From positions 1 through 64,000 of IMG/VR virus record IMGVR_UViG_3300033067_001199: 64,000 bases of DNA; one strand, written 5' to 3'. The position numbers were made by a program, and so were the translations under genes. This document shows, piece after piece, positions 47,146 to 55,358 of the stretch (its first letter is position 1; the number at the start of each line of letters is the position of its first letter). The notes beneath the pieces are model-generated. The model was not told the origin of the DNA and did not search any database. It saw only the letters and a program-made list of their open reading frames with translations. This DNA comes from a virus. Taxonomy: Duplodnaviria; Caudoviricetes.

Positions 47146-48723
47146 ATGACAAGACAGGACTTGACAAGACAGGAATTTGAGCTTACCCCAGAGGAAGCTA
47201 CAAGAGCAAAATCATTAACAGGAGCAGACATTCCCCCATTCTGGAAAGAAATCGGAGAGAAGTATGGATTTGACCCGAAAAGCGTACGGTTTGTGCCAGG
47301 TAAACAAAACTCATTTACGGCAGAGTCGCTTCTTAGCGCTGCGGTGGAGGTTGTTGCCGAAACCTACGTTGTTGAAACCTACGACTACAATTCTTTCAGC
47401 AAGGAGTATGCGCTAGTTGTAACCGGTGACAAGGAGGGGCAGTTATCGGCCAGAATTGAACAATGGAAAGAGCAGTTTGGCGGATTGGTTATTAAGGGAG
47501 AGAATGATAAGGCCGGGTATCTTGCGGTAACTCAAGCCATCTCACAACTGCGAACTACAAGGAACCTTGTGGAGCAGAAGAGAAAGGAATTGAAGACTAA
47601 GCCGCTTGAATTGGGTAAACTGATTGACAAGACCGCTAAAGATATTATTGATGCCTTAACCCCTCTGGAAGACCAACTGAAAGCAGAGAAAGAGCGTATT
47701 GACGCGATTAAGGAAGAGCAGAAAGCAAAGAAGCAGTTGGAGATTGAGAAGAAGTATAACGAGCGCGTATCTGTTATGACGGCTAATGGAATGGCTTTTA
47801 CAGGAATGGGCTACAAACTGAACGACCTTATTCTGGGGACGTTGGAGATAAAGTCAATGACAGACGCTCAATGGGATACGTTTGTGCCGAAACTAGAGGC
47901 TGAATGGGCTGAAACGAGAACCAGACAACTGAAAGAGCAGGCAGAAAAGGAAAGGTTGGAGAAAGAGGCAGAGATTGAAAAGAACAAGACCGCCAGGGAG
48001 GGTATTTTAAGGGCGCTGGGATTCTACGAGCATGAAGGTTGCTTTACCAGAACTGCGCTCTCTTCCTCCGGAAAGACCTTTACGGTATCGCCAGAGCAGT
48101 TGTTGGCAGAGGAGGCGGAGTGGGTTTCTATCTTACAGCCTGCGTATGACGATTTAAGAAAATCATCGGAGGAAGCGGATGCCAGAAGAAAGGAGTTGGA
48201 GGCACAGAAAGAACAGCAGGAGCAGGAAGAGAAAAGGCAACAGGCGGAAAAGGAGCATTTGTTGGCTCAAAGAAAGCAGTCGAGAATTGCCACACTAAAT
48301 ATGTTGGGCTACATCTACAACTATACCTCTTTCGATAGAAACCTGCGATTCAATCAGCACAAACTAACCGGTAATGTAATTGACCTTGATGATGAGAATT
48401 GGAAAATTGAAATAGAGGCCTTGACTAAACGTTGTCTTCAGATGGATGAAGAGGAAAAGGGCGCTATTGCTGCGGAGGAGTCAAATAAGAAAGCTCAAGA
48501 GTTGTTGCGCCAACAGGCCGAGGCGGAGCGTTTGAAAAAAGAAGAGGAGAGAAAGGAGTCATTGAAGAGTGACGTTCAAAAGCTATTGGAGTTTGCTGAT
48601 AAGGTTGAACATTTGAATTATCCTGTTCTTCTGGATGAAAAGTCAAATGCGGTAATAGCAAGCGCGTTAGGCAAGTTGGCGGAGGTTGCTGATGATATTC
48701 GTAAGTCGGCAAACTCTCTTTAA
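47146..48723 (+). CDS. Long coiled-coil protein (DUF1351-like segment), start ATG 47146
   Basis: LRTTRNLVEQKRKELK..PLELGKLIDKTAK..IDALTPLEDQLKAEKERID; E/K/Q-rich. Confidence 0.7.
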   Translation: MTRQDLTRQEFELTPEEATRAKSLTGADIPPFWKEIGEKYGFDPKSVRFVPGKQNSFTAESLLSAAVEVVAETYVVETYDYNSFSKEYALVVTGDKEGQLSARIEQWKEQFGGLVIKGENDKAGYLAVTQAISQLRTTRNLVEQKRKELKTKPLELGKLIDKTAKDIIDALTPLEDQLKAEKERIDAIKEEQKAKKQLEIEKKYNERVSVMTANGMAFTGMGYKLNDLILGTLEIKSMTDAQWDTFVPKLEAEWAETRTRQLKEQAEKERLEKEAEIEKNKTAREGILRALGFYEHEGCFTRTALSSSGKTFTVSPEQLLAEEAEWVSILQPAYDDLRKSSEEADARRKELEAQKEQQEQEEKRQQAEKEHLLAQRKQSRIATLNMLGYIYNYTSFDRNLRFNQHKLTGNVIDLDDENWKIEIEALTKRCLQMDEEEKGAIAAEESNKKAQELLRQQAEAERLKKEEERKESLKSDVQKLLEFADKVEHLNYPVLLDEKSNAVIASALGKLAEVADDIRKSANSL

Positions 48724-48821
48724 GTTCGTTCTTTATACTTCCTGTTAGGTTACAGAGATGTCAAAACTGTAAAATTGCACCAATAGGAAGGAGCGCCTGT
48801 TTGATATGGGCAGGCGCAAAT

Positions 48822-48893
48822 GGCTTTGTAGTTCAATGGACAGAACGAGGGTTTCCTAAACTCTAAATAGCAGTTCGATTCTGCTCAAAGCCA
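48822..48893 (+). tRNA. tRNA-Arg(CCT)
   Basis: GGCTTTG-TA-GTTC-AATGGACA-GAAC-G-AGGGT-TTCCTAA-ACTCT-AAAT-AGCAG-TTCGATT-CTGCT-CAAAGCC-A; all stems pair. Confidence 0.9.
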
Positions 48894-48906
48894 CTAAATT
48901 AGATAT

Positions 48907-49104
48907 ATGGTAAAATGCGTAAACTGTGGAGCGTCAATGTATGATAAGCCACTTCAAAGAACTAACCCAACAGGGCAAAGTGATGCCGGTTGGATGTGTC
49001 AAGATTGTATAAAAGCGATAGAGCCAGAGCTTTATCAAAACTTGAAAGACGATGGCGATTTAAAAATAGCCAACGATATTTTTAATGCTGTTAATGGAAA
49101 ATGA
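48907..49104 (+). CDS. Small Zn-finger protein
   Basis: CVNC...CQDC. Confidence 0.6.
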   Translation: MVKCVNCGASMYDKPLQRTNPTGQSDAGWMCQDCIKAIEPELYQNLKDDGDLKIANDIFNAVNGK

Positions 49105-49709
49105 TTAACTACTGCGACAAGTGCGCCAAAGTGCGAGGCATGGATGTTTTTACAATGCAAAAAAAGGCAAACTGCGATTTGTGCGGAGGATTCTTTATGT
49201 GTAACACAGACAAGACATCTTCCCTCAATTCACCGGCTGATGCTTTTTCCGAAAATGGATACTTTAATTCCAAAGACCTGTCACAACTGCTGGCCCTGAT
49301 TAAGAACAGGCAAAGCGTGTTGACTCCGAGGATTAAGCAACTGCAAACTGAATTATCTGGAAACTATGCTTTGGCTGTAATTGCTGATGATATAGATGAG
49401 ATTAAGGAACTTGTTGCCGCTGGACTAACTAAGAGGTCACTAGCCGGATTGCAGGGCGTAATAAAGAAGATATCGGGCATTTTAGCCAGGTGGAACTTTT
49501 CGGCACAAAGAGAAACCAAGTCAACTATCCTTCAGAACTTGATGGCCGAGAAGTCCGGGTTAGCTGAAAAGGAAAAGGAGTTGAGTATCCTTTATAAAAA
49601 TGCGCTGGACCAAATACTGATTAACCAACTGCGTTTCAGGGTAGGTCGGGAGGCTTTTGAAAAGTGCTATGAGGAGGCGAAGGGTATCTATTCAAAAACT
49701 AACAAGTAA
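49101..49709 (+). CDS. Hypothetical protein with N-terminal Zn ribbon and coiled coil
   Basis: CDKC...CDLC. Confidence 0.65.
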   Translation: MINYCDKCAKVRGMDVFTMQKKANCDLCGGFFMCNTDKTSSLNSPADAFSENGYFNSKDLSQLLALIKNRQSVLTPRIKQLQTELSGNYALAVIADDIDEIKELVAAGLTKRSLAGLQGVIKKISGILARWNFSAQRETKSTILQNLMAEKSGLAEKEKELSILYKNALDQILINQLRFRVGREAFEKCYEEAKGIYSKTNK

Positions 49710-49770
49710 TCCAAAGGATACACACAATGAAAGTAAAGTTTGAAAGCAGAGCGATTTGAGTAGTTAATGA

Positions 49771-49862
49771 AAACTAATAACGTTTTCGGGCTTGGCGAAG
49801 TGGCTGAACCTTAACTTAACCGAGATGTGTCAGGCGGCTATTGCAAAACCGCTGTTAGCCGC
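49771..49862 (+). repeat. attC-like site (hybrid): AAC 49779, arm 49787-49806, GTTAGCCGC 49854-49862
   Basis: Left arm CGGGCTTGGCGAAGTGGCTG, AT-rich loop, right arm CGGCTATTGCAAAACCGCT then GTT. Confidence 0.75.
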
Positions 49863-49888
49863 TGGCCTTTCTCACAACACAAATAAAA

Positions 49889-50137
49889 ATGTCAAAGAAA
49901 AAACAAACAACAGACCCAAAAGAAAAAGCAAAGCTGATGATTGAAGAAATTATCAAACTTGAAAGTAGGCTCACCTATATAGCCGTTCGAGAGGCTAAAG
50001 CTATTGCACGCCAAAGAATAAATGATGTAGTTGCAACTCTTGACGAACTAATTCAAATGCAAGATAGTGTTGGTCATGCTGTCGGAATGAAACACTGGTG
50101 GTTACAAGTTGATGAAATGATTGATGTAGTCGCTTAG
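49889..50137 (+). CDS. Cassette ORF, hypothetical (82 aa)
   Basis: Bounded by GTTAGCCGC upstream and GCGGC (TAAC missing) downstream. Confidence 0.7.
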   Translation: MSKKKQTTDPKEKAKLMIEEIIKLESRLTYIAVREAKAIARQRINDVVATLDELIQMQDSVGHAVGMKHWWLQVDEMIDVVA

Positions 50138-50141
50138 GCTT

Positions 50142-50236
50142 GCGGCGTATCGGGTATTGGCGATGCCCGCAACTTATAAACTTTGAATTATAAACAAGCT
50201 GTCAGGCGGGTATTGCCAATACCTTGTTAGCAGCAG
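50142..50236 (+). repeat. attC-like site with an 18-bp stem; core TAAC absent from the left end
   Basis: GGTATTGGCGATGCCCGC (50153-50170) pairs with GCGGGTATTGCCAATACC (50206-50223), 16 WC + 2 G.T; then GTTAGCAGCAG at 50226. Confidence 0.85.
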
Positions 50237-50250
50237 TAACGGTAAATTAT

Positions 50251-50538
50251 ATGGCACTTGATTTAGAAAAAATTAGCAAAAAGTTAGACGAGGCTTTGGC
50301 AAATATGACACAGGAAGAAATTGACAAATATTTTCCTCCTGATACTCGTCCAAAAGGGTGGTTAAGTATTGAAGAATATTTACCAATGATGTATGCAATT
50401 GACATTATGCAAGGATATACACTTTACAAGGTTAAAGATAAAGACGGCAAAGAATTTGAAAGTGCTGTGTCCGACCATAATGTTTGGTATTATATGGCAA
50501 AAGAAGCCGGTATTACTCACTGGTGGAACGTGGAGTAG
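50251..50538 (+). CDS. Cassette ORF, hypothetical (start ATG 50251)
   Basis: Bounded by GTTAGCAGCAG (50226) and TTGCTGATAAC (50542-50552). Confidence 0.7.
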   Translation: MALDLEKISKKLDEALANMTQEEIDKYFPPDTRPKGWLSIEEYLPMMYAIDIMQGYTLYKVKDKDGKEFESAVSDHNVWYYMAKEAGITHWWNVE

Positions 50539-50541
50539 TTA

Positions 50542-50552
50542 TTGCTGATAAC
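50542..50552 (+). repeat. attC-like inverse core (TTGCTGATAAC); rest of the site lost
   Basis: Complementary to GTTAGCAGCAG at 10/11 positions, allowing G.T. Confidence 0.6.
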
Positions 50553-50562
50553 AAATACTAAA

Positions 50563-51069
50563 ATGAAAATCAATAGAATTTGGGCAATGCCCTCACATCA
50601 CACTTTTAAAATTAAACCAATCGCAGAATTGGTAAGTAGATACGTTGGGGATGGCATTGGATGGATAGACCCTTTTGCAGGCGAAAACAGCCCTGCTGAA
50701 TTTACAAATGATATGAACCCCGAAAAGCCCGCTAAATTTCACTTACACGCTAAAGACTTTGCAGCGCAATTAGACGGCACTTACAAAGGGGTATTATTCG
50801 ACCCGCCATACTCACTAAGGCAGGTTAAAGAGTGTTACGAAAGCATAGGGGTGAAGCTGTTTCAAGAAGATACACAACGTTTCCCGCAAAATGTAAAGGA
50901 ACATATTAGCCCTAAAATAGTTACCGGTGGGTATGCTATAACCTTTGGCTGGAATAGCCAAGGTTTTGGTAAAAAGCAAGGTTTTGAATTGATTGAGGTG
51001 TTATTAGTGCCACATGGGCGGGGGCATAATGACACCATTGTAACAGTAGAAATAAAAGTAGAATGTTAA
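50563..51069 (+). CDS. Compact adenine DNA methyltransferase-like protein (168 aa)
   Basis: WIDPFAG SAM-binding motif followed by VLFDPPYS; start ATG 50563. Confidence 0.8.
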   Translation: MKINRIWAMPSHHTFKIKPIAELVSRYVGDGIGWIDPFAGENSPAEFTNDMNPEKPAKFHLHAKDFAAQLDGTYKGVLFDPPYSLRQVKECYESIGVKLFQEDTQRFPQNVKEHISPKIVTGGYAITFGWNSQGFGKKQGFELIEVLLVPHGRGHNDTIVTVEIKVEC

Positions 51070-51109
51070 CCCAACCGCTTAGGTTACTAAACTTTAAAAT
51101 TAAAAACAA

Positions 51110-51427
51110 ATGTCAAATAGAATTACTGAACAGCCATTTTGCCAAACCCGTGTTAGTGGCAGTAGATTATCAGGAAAAACCAATGCTATGATTTTATCAA
51201 TGATACCTGAACTTAAAGCAGGTCATAAAATTGGTGTTGCAGGTTGTAAAGACCCGAAATATATTACTGAACGCTTAAAAGCATACGGAATTGAAGTGCA
51301 AAGTGAACCAATGATTGCAACACAACCGATGAAAGCCATTCATAACTTGAATAGCATTGAGGGCGAAATAATAGGATTTGAGAATGGCGAGAAAGTTCAG
51401 ACAGGGTTTCTGTTCTATTGCCACTAA
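51110..51427 (+). CDS. Cassette ORF with a P-loop-like motif; start codon inside the repeat loop
   Basis: MSNRITEQPFCQTRVSGS is encoded by the loop and right arm; GSRLSGKT; the stop TAA lies in GCCACTAAC. Confidence 0.7.
   Translation: MSNRITEQPFCQTRVSGSRLSGKTNAMILSMIPELKAGHKIGVAGCKDPKYITERLKAYGIEVQSEPMIATQPMKAIHNLNSIEGEIIGFENGEKVQTGFLFYCH
51131..51162 (+). repeat. attC-like right half-site (CAGCCATTTTGCCAAACCCG-T-GTTAGTGGCAG)
   Basis: Pairs 19/20 (17 WC + 2 G.T) with the arm at 49787-49806. Confidence 0.85.
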
Positions 51428-51428
51428 C
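51418..51428 (+). repeat. attC-like inverse core TTGCCACTAAC
   Basis: 10/11 exact reverse complement of GTTAGTGGCAG (51152-51162). Confidence 0.8.
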
Positions 51429-51465
51429 GTAATACATCACGAAACTTCCATGAAAATCAATCAAT

Positions 51466-52116
51466 ATGGCAACAATAAAGATTTATACAGACGGCTCATG
51501 CCTGTTGAATCCTGGCGGTCCGGGCGGATGGGCTTTTGTTGTGGCAGACCACACCGATATAACTATAACCGACTCTACTTCGTTTTTCTGCGGTGGCAAC
51601 AAGGAAACCACGAACAACGCAATGGAGTTGACAGCCATTCTCGAAGCTCTTAGGTGGGCGGAGGATAACAACCGGAGTAGCTTCATAATTCATTCCGACT
51701 CCAAATACTCGATGAATGTATGCAATAATTGGATGCACATTTGGGCGCGTAACTCTTGGAAGAACAGAGAGGGTCAGAAAATAGCCAATGATGGTATAGT
51801 AAAGAGCATTTACAACCTATCTACAAAAGTTGCTTTTAAGGTTGAGTGGGTAGCTGGGCACAGCGGCAACGTATTCAATGAGTTTGCCGACTCTCTGGCT
51901 AGTAAGATGGCATTCCGGATACAGGGCAAAGAGTATGCAAAGTATTCTGACACCGGCCCTGGTGACAGGGTGATGGTTGGCTCCTCCCCATTTCGGATTA
52001 TTGCCAAATTTATTTCAACTAACATTGTCGTACTGCAGCCGATATTCGATAAGAGGCTAAAGACCATGATTCTTGAGGCTGATGAGTTTGACAACAGAGA
52101 ATACATAAAAATATAA
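51466..52116 (+). CDS. rnhA: Ribonuclease HI
   Basis: IYTDGSC..NPGGPGGW, TTNNAMELTA, IHSDSKY, WVAGHSGNVFNEFADSLA. Confidence 0.95.
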   Translation: MATIKIYTDGSCLLNPGGPGGWAFVVADHTDITITDSTSFFCGGNKETTNNAMELTAILEALRWAEDNNRSSFIIHSDSKYSMNVCNNWMHIWARNSWKNREGQKIANDGIVKSIYNLSTKVAFKVEWVAGHSGNVFNEFADSLASKMAFRIQGKEYAKYSDTGPGDRVMVGSSPFRIIAKFISTNIVVLQPIFDKRLKTMILEADEFDNREYIKI

Positions 52117-52120
52117 CACT

Positions 52121-52246
52121 ATGGTACACGAATTAAAGACTTGGCCCCCATACTTTAAGGCAGTAAAAGACGGCACTAAAACATTTGAAGTTAGGAAACT
52201 CCATGAGCGTTCCTGTTATAAGAAAGATTTTATCAAACGTCATTAA
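52121..52246 (+). pseudogene. Truncated ASCH/DUF3850-like gene (41 aa)
   Basis: MVHELKTWPPYFKAVKDGTKTFEVRK, then divergent sequence and an early stop. Confidence 0.6.
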
Positions 52247-52258
52247 ATCAATTACTCC

Positions 52259-52849
52259 ATGAAATTCATTATCGCCATCGACCCAGGCAACAAGACAGGG
52301 ATAACCTATGGTTACTCCAATGCAAAACCAATAACCGAACTGCATGACTTTACCCCGAAGCCGGCAACAAAGGGAAGTAAGAAAACACCAGGCAGAAAGG
52401 CCGAGGAGAAGCACATTCGTTATGGAAAACTGTTTCTCTTAATCCAAAAGATAATTCGGCAAGAAACTAACCCAACAACAGAAGTTGTAGTTGTCTGCGA
52501 GGGCGCTGCTGGGTTCACTAAGGGCAAGTCTGCTGTTGAGGTAAGTAATAAGTACCGCGGAGTAGTTGAGGCCTTTGCTGCCATCCATAACTACACCTAC
52601 ATCGGAATACAACCAAATGACCTTCAGCGCTGGGCTACCAATAAGGGCAGAGCAGAGAAAACCGAGATGATGAAAGTTGCTTTTGAAAAGTATGGATACA
52701 AGGGAACAGATGATAACGAGGCGGATAGTGTGCTGTTGTGGCATTTTGGCGCAAGTTCATTTGTAACCGGAAAGCCTATTTTCCTAGATGATTGGGATTG
52801 GGATTGGCACATTAAGCATCTAGCAGAACTAAACAAAGACACCAATTAA
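52259..52849 (+). CDS. RuvC-like Holliday junction resolvase
   Basis: IIAIDPGNKTG, VVCEG, DDNEADSVLL acidic catalytic motifs. Confidence 0.8.
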   Translation: MKFIIAIDPGNKTGITYGYSNAKPITELHDFTPKPATKGSKKTPGRKAEEKHIRYGKLFLLIQKIIRQETNPTTEVVVVCEGAAGFTKGKSAVEVSNKYRGVVEAFAAIHNYTYIGIQPNDLQRWATNKGRAEKTEMMKVAFEKYGYKGTDDNEADSVLLWHFGASSFVTGKPIFLDDWDWDWHIKHLAELNKDTN

Positions 52850-52859
52850 AACCAACTAT

Positions 52860-53312
52860 ATGTTCAGAGTGCCAGAAAAATTCAGAGTCCGTAAGGGCAA
52901 ATTAGCTTCCGATGCCTCTTATGGCAATAACGGAGCATTCATGGTTAAGGCTGTTCAGCCTATTCCTAACGGAGAGCCGATTGGCTACTTCCTCCTTTGC
53001 ATTGTTTCAGACGGAGGGCTGCCAGGCGCTAAACCTTGGGAGCACGTATCTGTAACGGTTGTTCACCCGACTATGCAGAGAACTCCCTCTTGGGAGGAGA
53101 TGTGTGCAATTAAGGATTTGTTCTGGGAGAAACAGGACTGCGTAGTGCAATACCACCCACCTTCCGACAAGTACGTGAACCAGCACCCTCTTTGTCTTCA
53201 CCTTTGGAGAAAGCCCGGATTCGATATGCCTGTTCCGGAGCCTGATTTAGTTGGTTCTGAAAAGAAAAGTCTGATAGTTGAATTGTCTAACAAAATAATT
53301 GGCAAGCTATGA
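52860..53312 (+). CDS. Conserved phage hypothetical protein
   Basis: WEHVSV...PSWEEMCAIKDLFW...VVQYHPP...YVN.HP.CLHLW, a widespread phage motif. Confidence 0.8.
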   Translation: MFRVPEKFRVRKGKLASDASYGNNGAFMVKAVQPIPNGEPIGYFLLCIVSDGGLPGAKPWEHVSVTVVHPTMQRTPSWEEMCAIKDLFWEKQDCVVQYHPPSDKYVNQHPLCLHLWRKPGFDMPVPEPDLVGSEKKSLIVELSNKIIGKL

Positions 53313-53560
53313 AAACCAAAGACGAGGGACCATTCCCCCCAAACTCCGTAAACATGAGATACGATAAGGTAGGAATTGTTGTTGGTGTGCCGTTGTGCTA
53401 TCTATACCGATGTACCTGCTGCGGATTCAATTACCCAGAAAGCGCATTTCTGAATACTCCGCATGGCGATTACTGCGGTTCATGTGTAAACGCAGGACTT
53501 CATACCGTTGAAGCGCCAGACGAGATTGTAAAACTCAAAAGATACGTTATTTATGAATAA
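53309..53560 (+). CDS. Small Zn-finger protein
   Basis: CTCC...CGSC. Confidence 0.6.
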   Translation: MKTKDEGPFPPNSVNMRYDKVGIVVGVPLCYLYRCTCCGFNYPESAFLNTPHGDYCGSCVNAGLHTVEAPDEIVKLKRYVIYE

Positions 53561-55358
53561 GGCATTTGTAATCATTTCAACCGGTCACGCCTCCTACGGA
53601 GAAATGGCGCTAAACCTTTGCTTGTCACTAAAGTCAAACTCTTCTGCGGAGGTAATCTTGATTCATGACTCCTCATCCGTTTCAACGATAGTTAGCCGGC
53701 TTGATAGGTTTGACATGACCTATCTATCTACACTTACATTTGCCAACCCATCTACAACAGCATTTTATCTGAAGCTAACTTCCTACGAGATTGTGAACTA
53801 CCGGTTAGGACTTCTGGCAAAGGATTATGAATTTATCCTGTTAGATGCTGACACGATGATAGTTCCAGGTAAAAAGATTGACGATTGGTTTATGAATTGG
53901 CTACCTTTTGTTGCCTACTACAACGATTCGTTTGACTTTAGGACGAATGAGTTTAAAACAAAGAACTATCATTTCTGGTGTAATCCACTCGAGGTAAAGG
54001 AACATTTCAAAATTTCCGATACAGCAGTAATGCCGCAGATCAACGCGAGCTTCATTTATTTCAGAACTGACCAGACCTGCCATCAGATATTCCATCTGGC
54101 TAAAGAAGTTTGGACGGACGACAACTTTCCTTATGTAAAGTACAGGGGAAGCAAGACGGAGGAGTTGTGCTTTAATATTGCTATGGCAAAACTAGAGTAT
54201 GCTCCGCACCAAGTCCCTTTCCGTCCCCTATTCGTTCCGATGTATTCCGAGCAGCAGGATACAACCTACATTCAGCACCGGTTCAATGCGTTTACCCTAG
54301 CCGGCCATCGACACTCTCAAGAGTTAGTTGACCTGTATAACCGGTTGTCTGATTATTACAGGCGGCAGTTTGGTATTCAGCACAAGTTCCATATCGGGAA
54401 ATCATTCAAGGATGATATCTCATTAAAGCCGCGTCCATCAGGGCCATTGAAATCTAAAAAGATAGTGTTGACTACTAGGGGCGCATTTGGCCCCATTTCA
54501 AACGGTGGCTGCATTAACCCTGGGGCTTTCAAGAAAGGAGGCAATTACTCTATGCTTATTCGCTCTGATACTAATTTCGAGGGCTACAAAGGTAAAAAGG
54601 ATGAAGCGTATTGCGTTCCTGTCGAAGTAGAGTTTGATTACGACTTTAACTTTGTATCGGCCAGAGCGATAACACTAAACGCAAACTATCTGGTTGAGGA
54701 CTTTCGGCTGATGGAAGATGGAGAGAAAGGTTGTTGCTCTGCTTTCATCAACGGACATTGGAATCAAGTTACGATGGAGAGGTTTGATGTTCAGAACAGT
54801 TCCTTTAGGCTGGTTCAATGCAATCCACCTAGCGGTAAAGATGGGGTAGATGAAAAGAATTGGGCTTGGTTTGAAACCTACGGCACCGATAATTTTGGAT
54901 TTGGCGCTACGCAGTACTATATCTACTCAATAGAGCCGTTCATAATTTACTCTCACCGGTCTTTCATACATAAGAAAGTAGTTTCCCTTGGTACGAATTT
55001 CGGATGGAACGATGAGGGGCGGATATCCTGCTCTACGTTTCCTGTTAGATACTCCGAAACCGAAATGCTGGTTTGGGTTCACAAGAAACAGGCAGACCTA
55101 ACCTATCTGAACAGCGCAATGATATTTGATATCAATACATTCAAGCCTACGTTCTTCTACCCTGGTCACATTCTGGACAGCGAAAACATTGAGCACCCGA
55201 TGTATGTAAGCTCCTGTATTGTGGAGGAAGATAGAATACTTCTCTTTTCTGGGGAGAAAGGTGGACCGATAGGTAACGCAGCTACCGAATACAGTTCAGT
55301 TAGAATAGTAGACCGTAAAGATTTTGATTCACTTATAAAACAATATCCATGCAACTAG
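53553..55358 (+). CDS. Glycosyltransferase-like (DxD) domain fused to a beta-propeller glycosidase-like domain
   Basis: N-terminal ILLDADT DxD motif; C-terminal INPG, EDFR, EKNW, YSIEP, YVSS motifs of GH43/GH130-like propellers. Confidence 0.7.
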   Translation: MNKAFVIISTGHASYGEMALNLCLSLKSNSSAEVILIHDSSSVSTIVSRLDRFDMTYLSTLTFANPSTTAFYLKLTSYEIVNYRLGLLAKDYEFILLDADTMIVPGKKIDDWFMNWLPFVAYYNDSFDFRTNEFKTKNYHFWCNPLEVKEHFKISDTAVMPQINASFIYFRTDQTCHQIFHLAKEVWTDDNFPYVKYRGSKTEELCFNIAMAKLEYAPHQVPFRPLFVPMYSEQQDTTYIQHRFNAFTLAGHRHSQELVDLYNRLSDYYRRQFGIQHKFHIGKSFKDDISLKPRPSGPLKSKKIVLTTRGAFGPISNGGCINPGAFKKGGNYSMLIRSDTNFEGYKGKKDEAYCVPVEVEFDYDFNFVSARAITLNANYLVEDFRLMEDGEKGCCSAFINGHWNQVTMERFDVQNSSFRLVQCNPPSGKDGVDEKNWAWFETYGTDNFGFGATQYYIYSIEPFIIYSHRSFIHKKVVSLGTNFGWNDEGRISCSTFPVRYSETEMLVWVHKKQADLTYLNSAMIFDINTFKPTFFYPGHILDSENIEHPMYVSSCIVEEDRILLFSGEKGGPIGNAATEYSSVRIVDRKDFDSLIKQYPCN

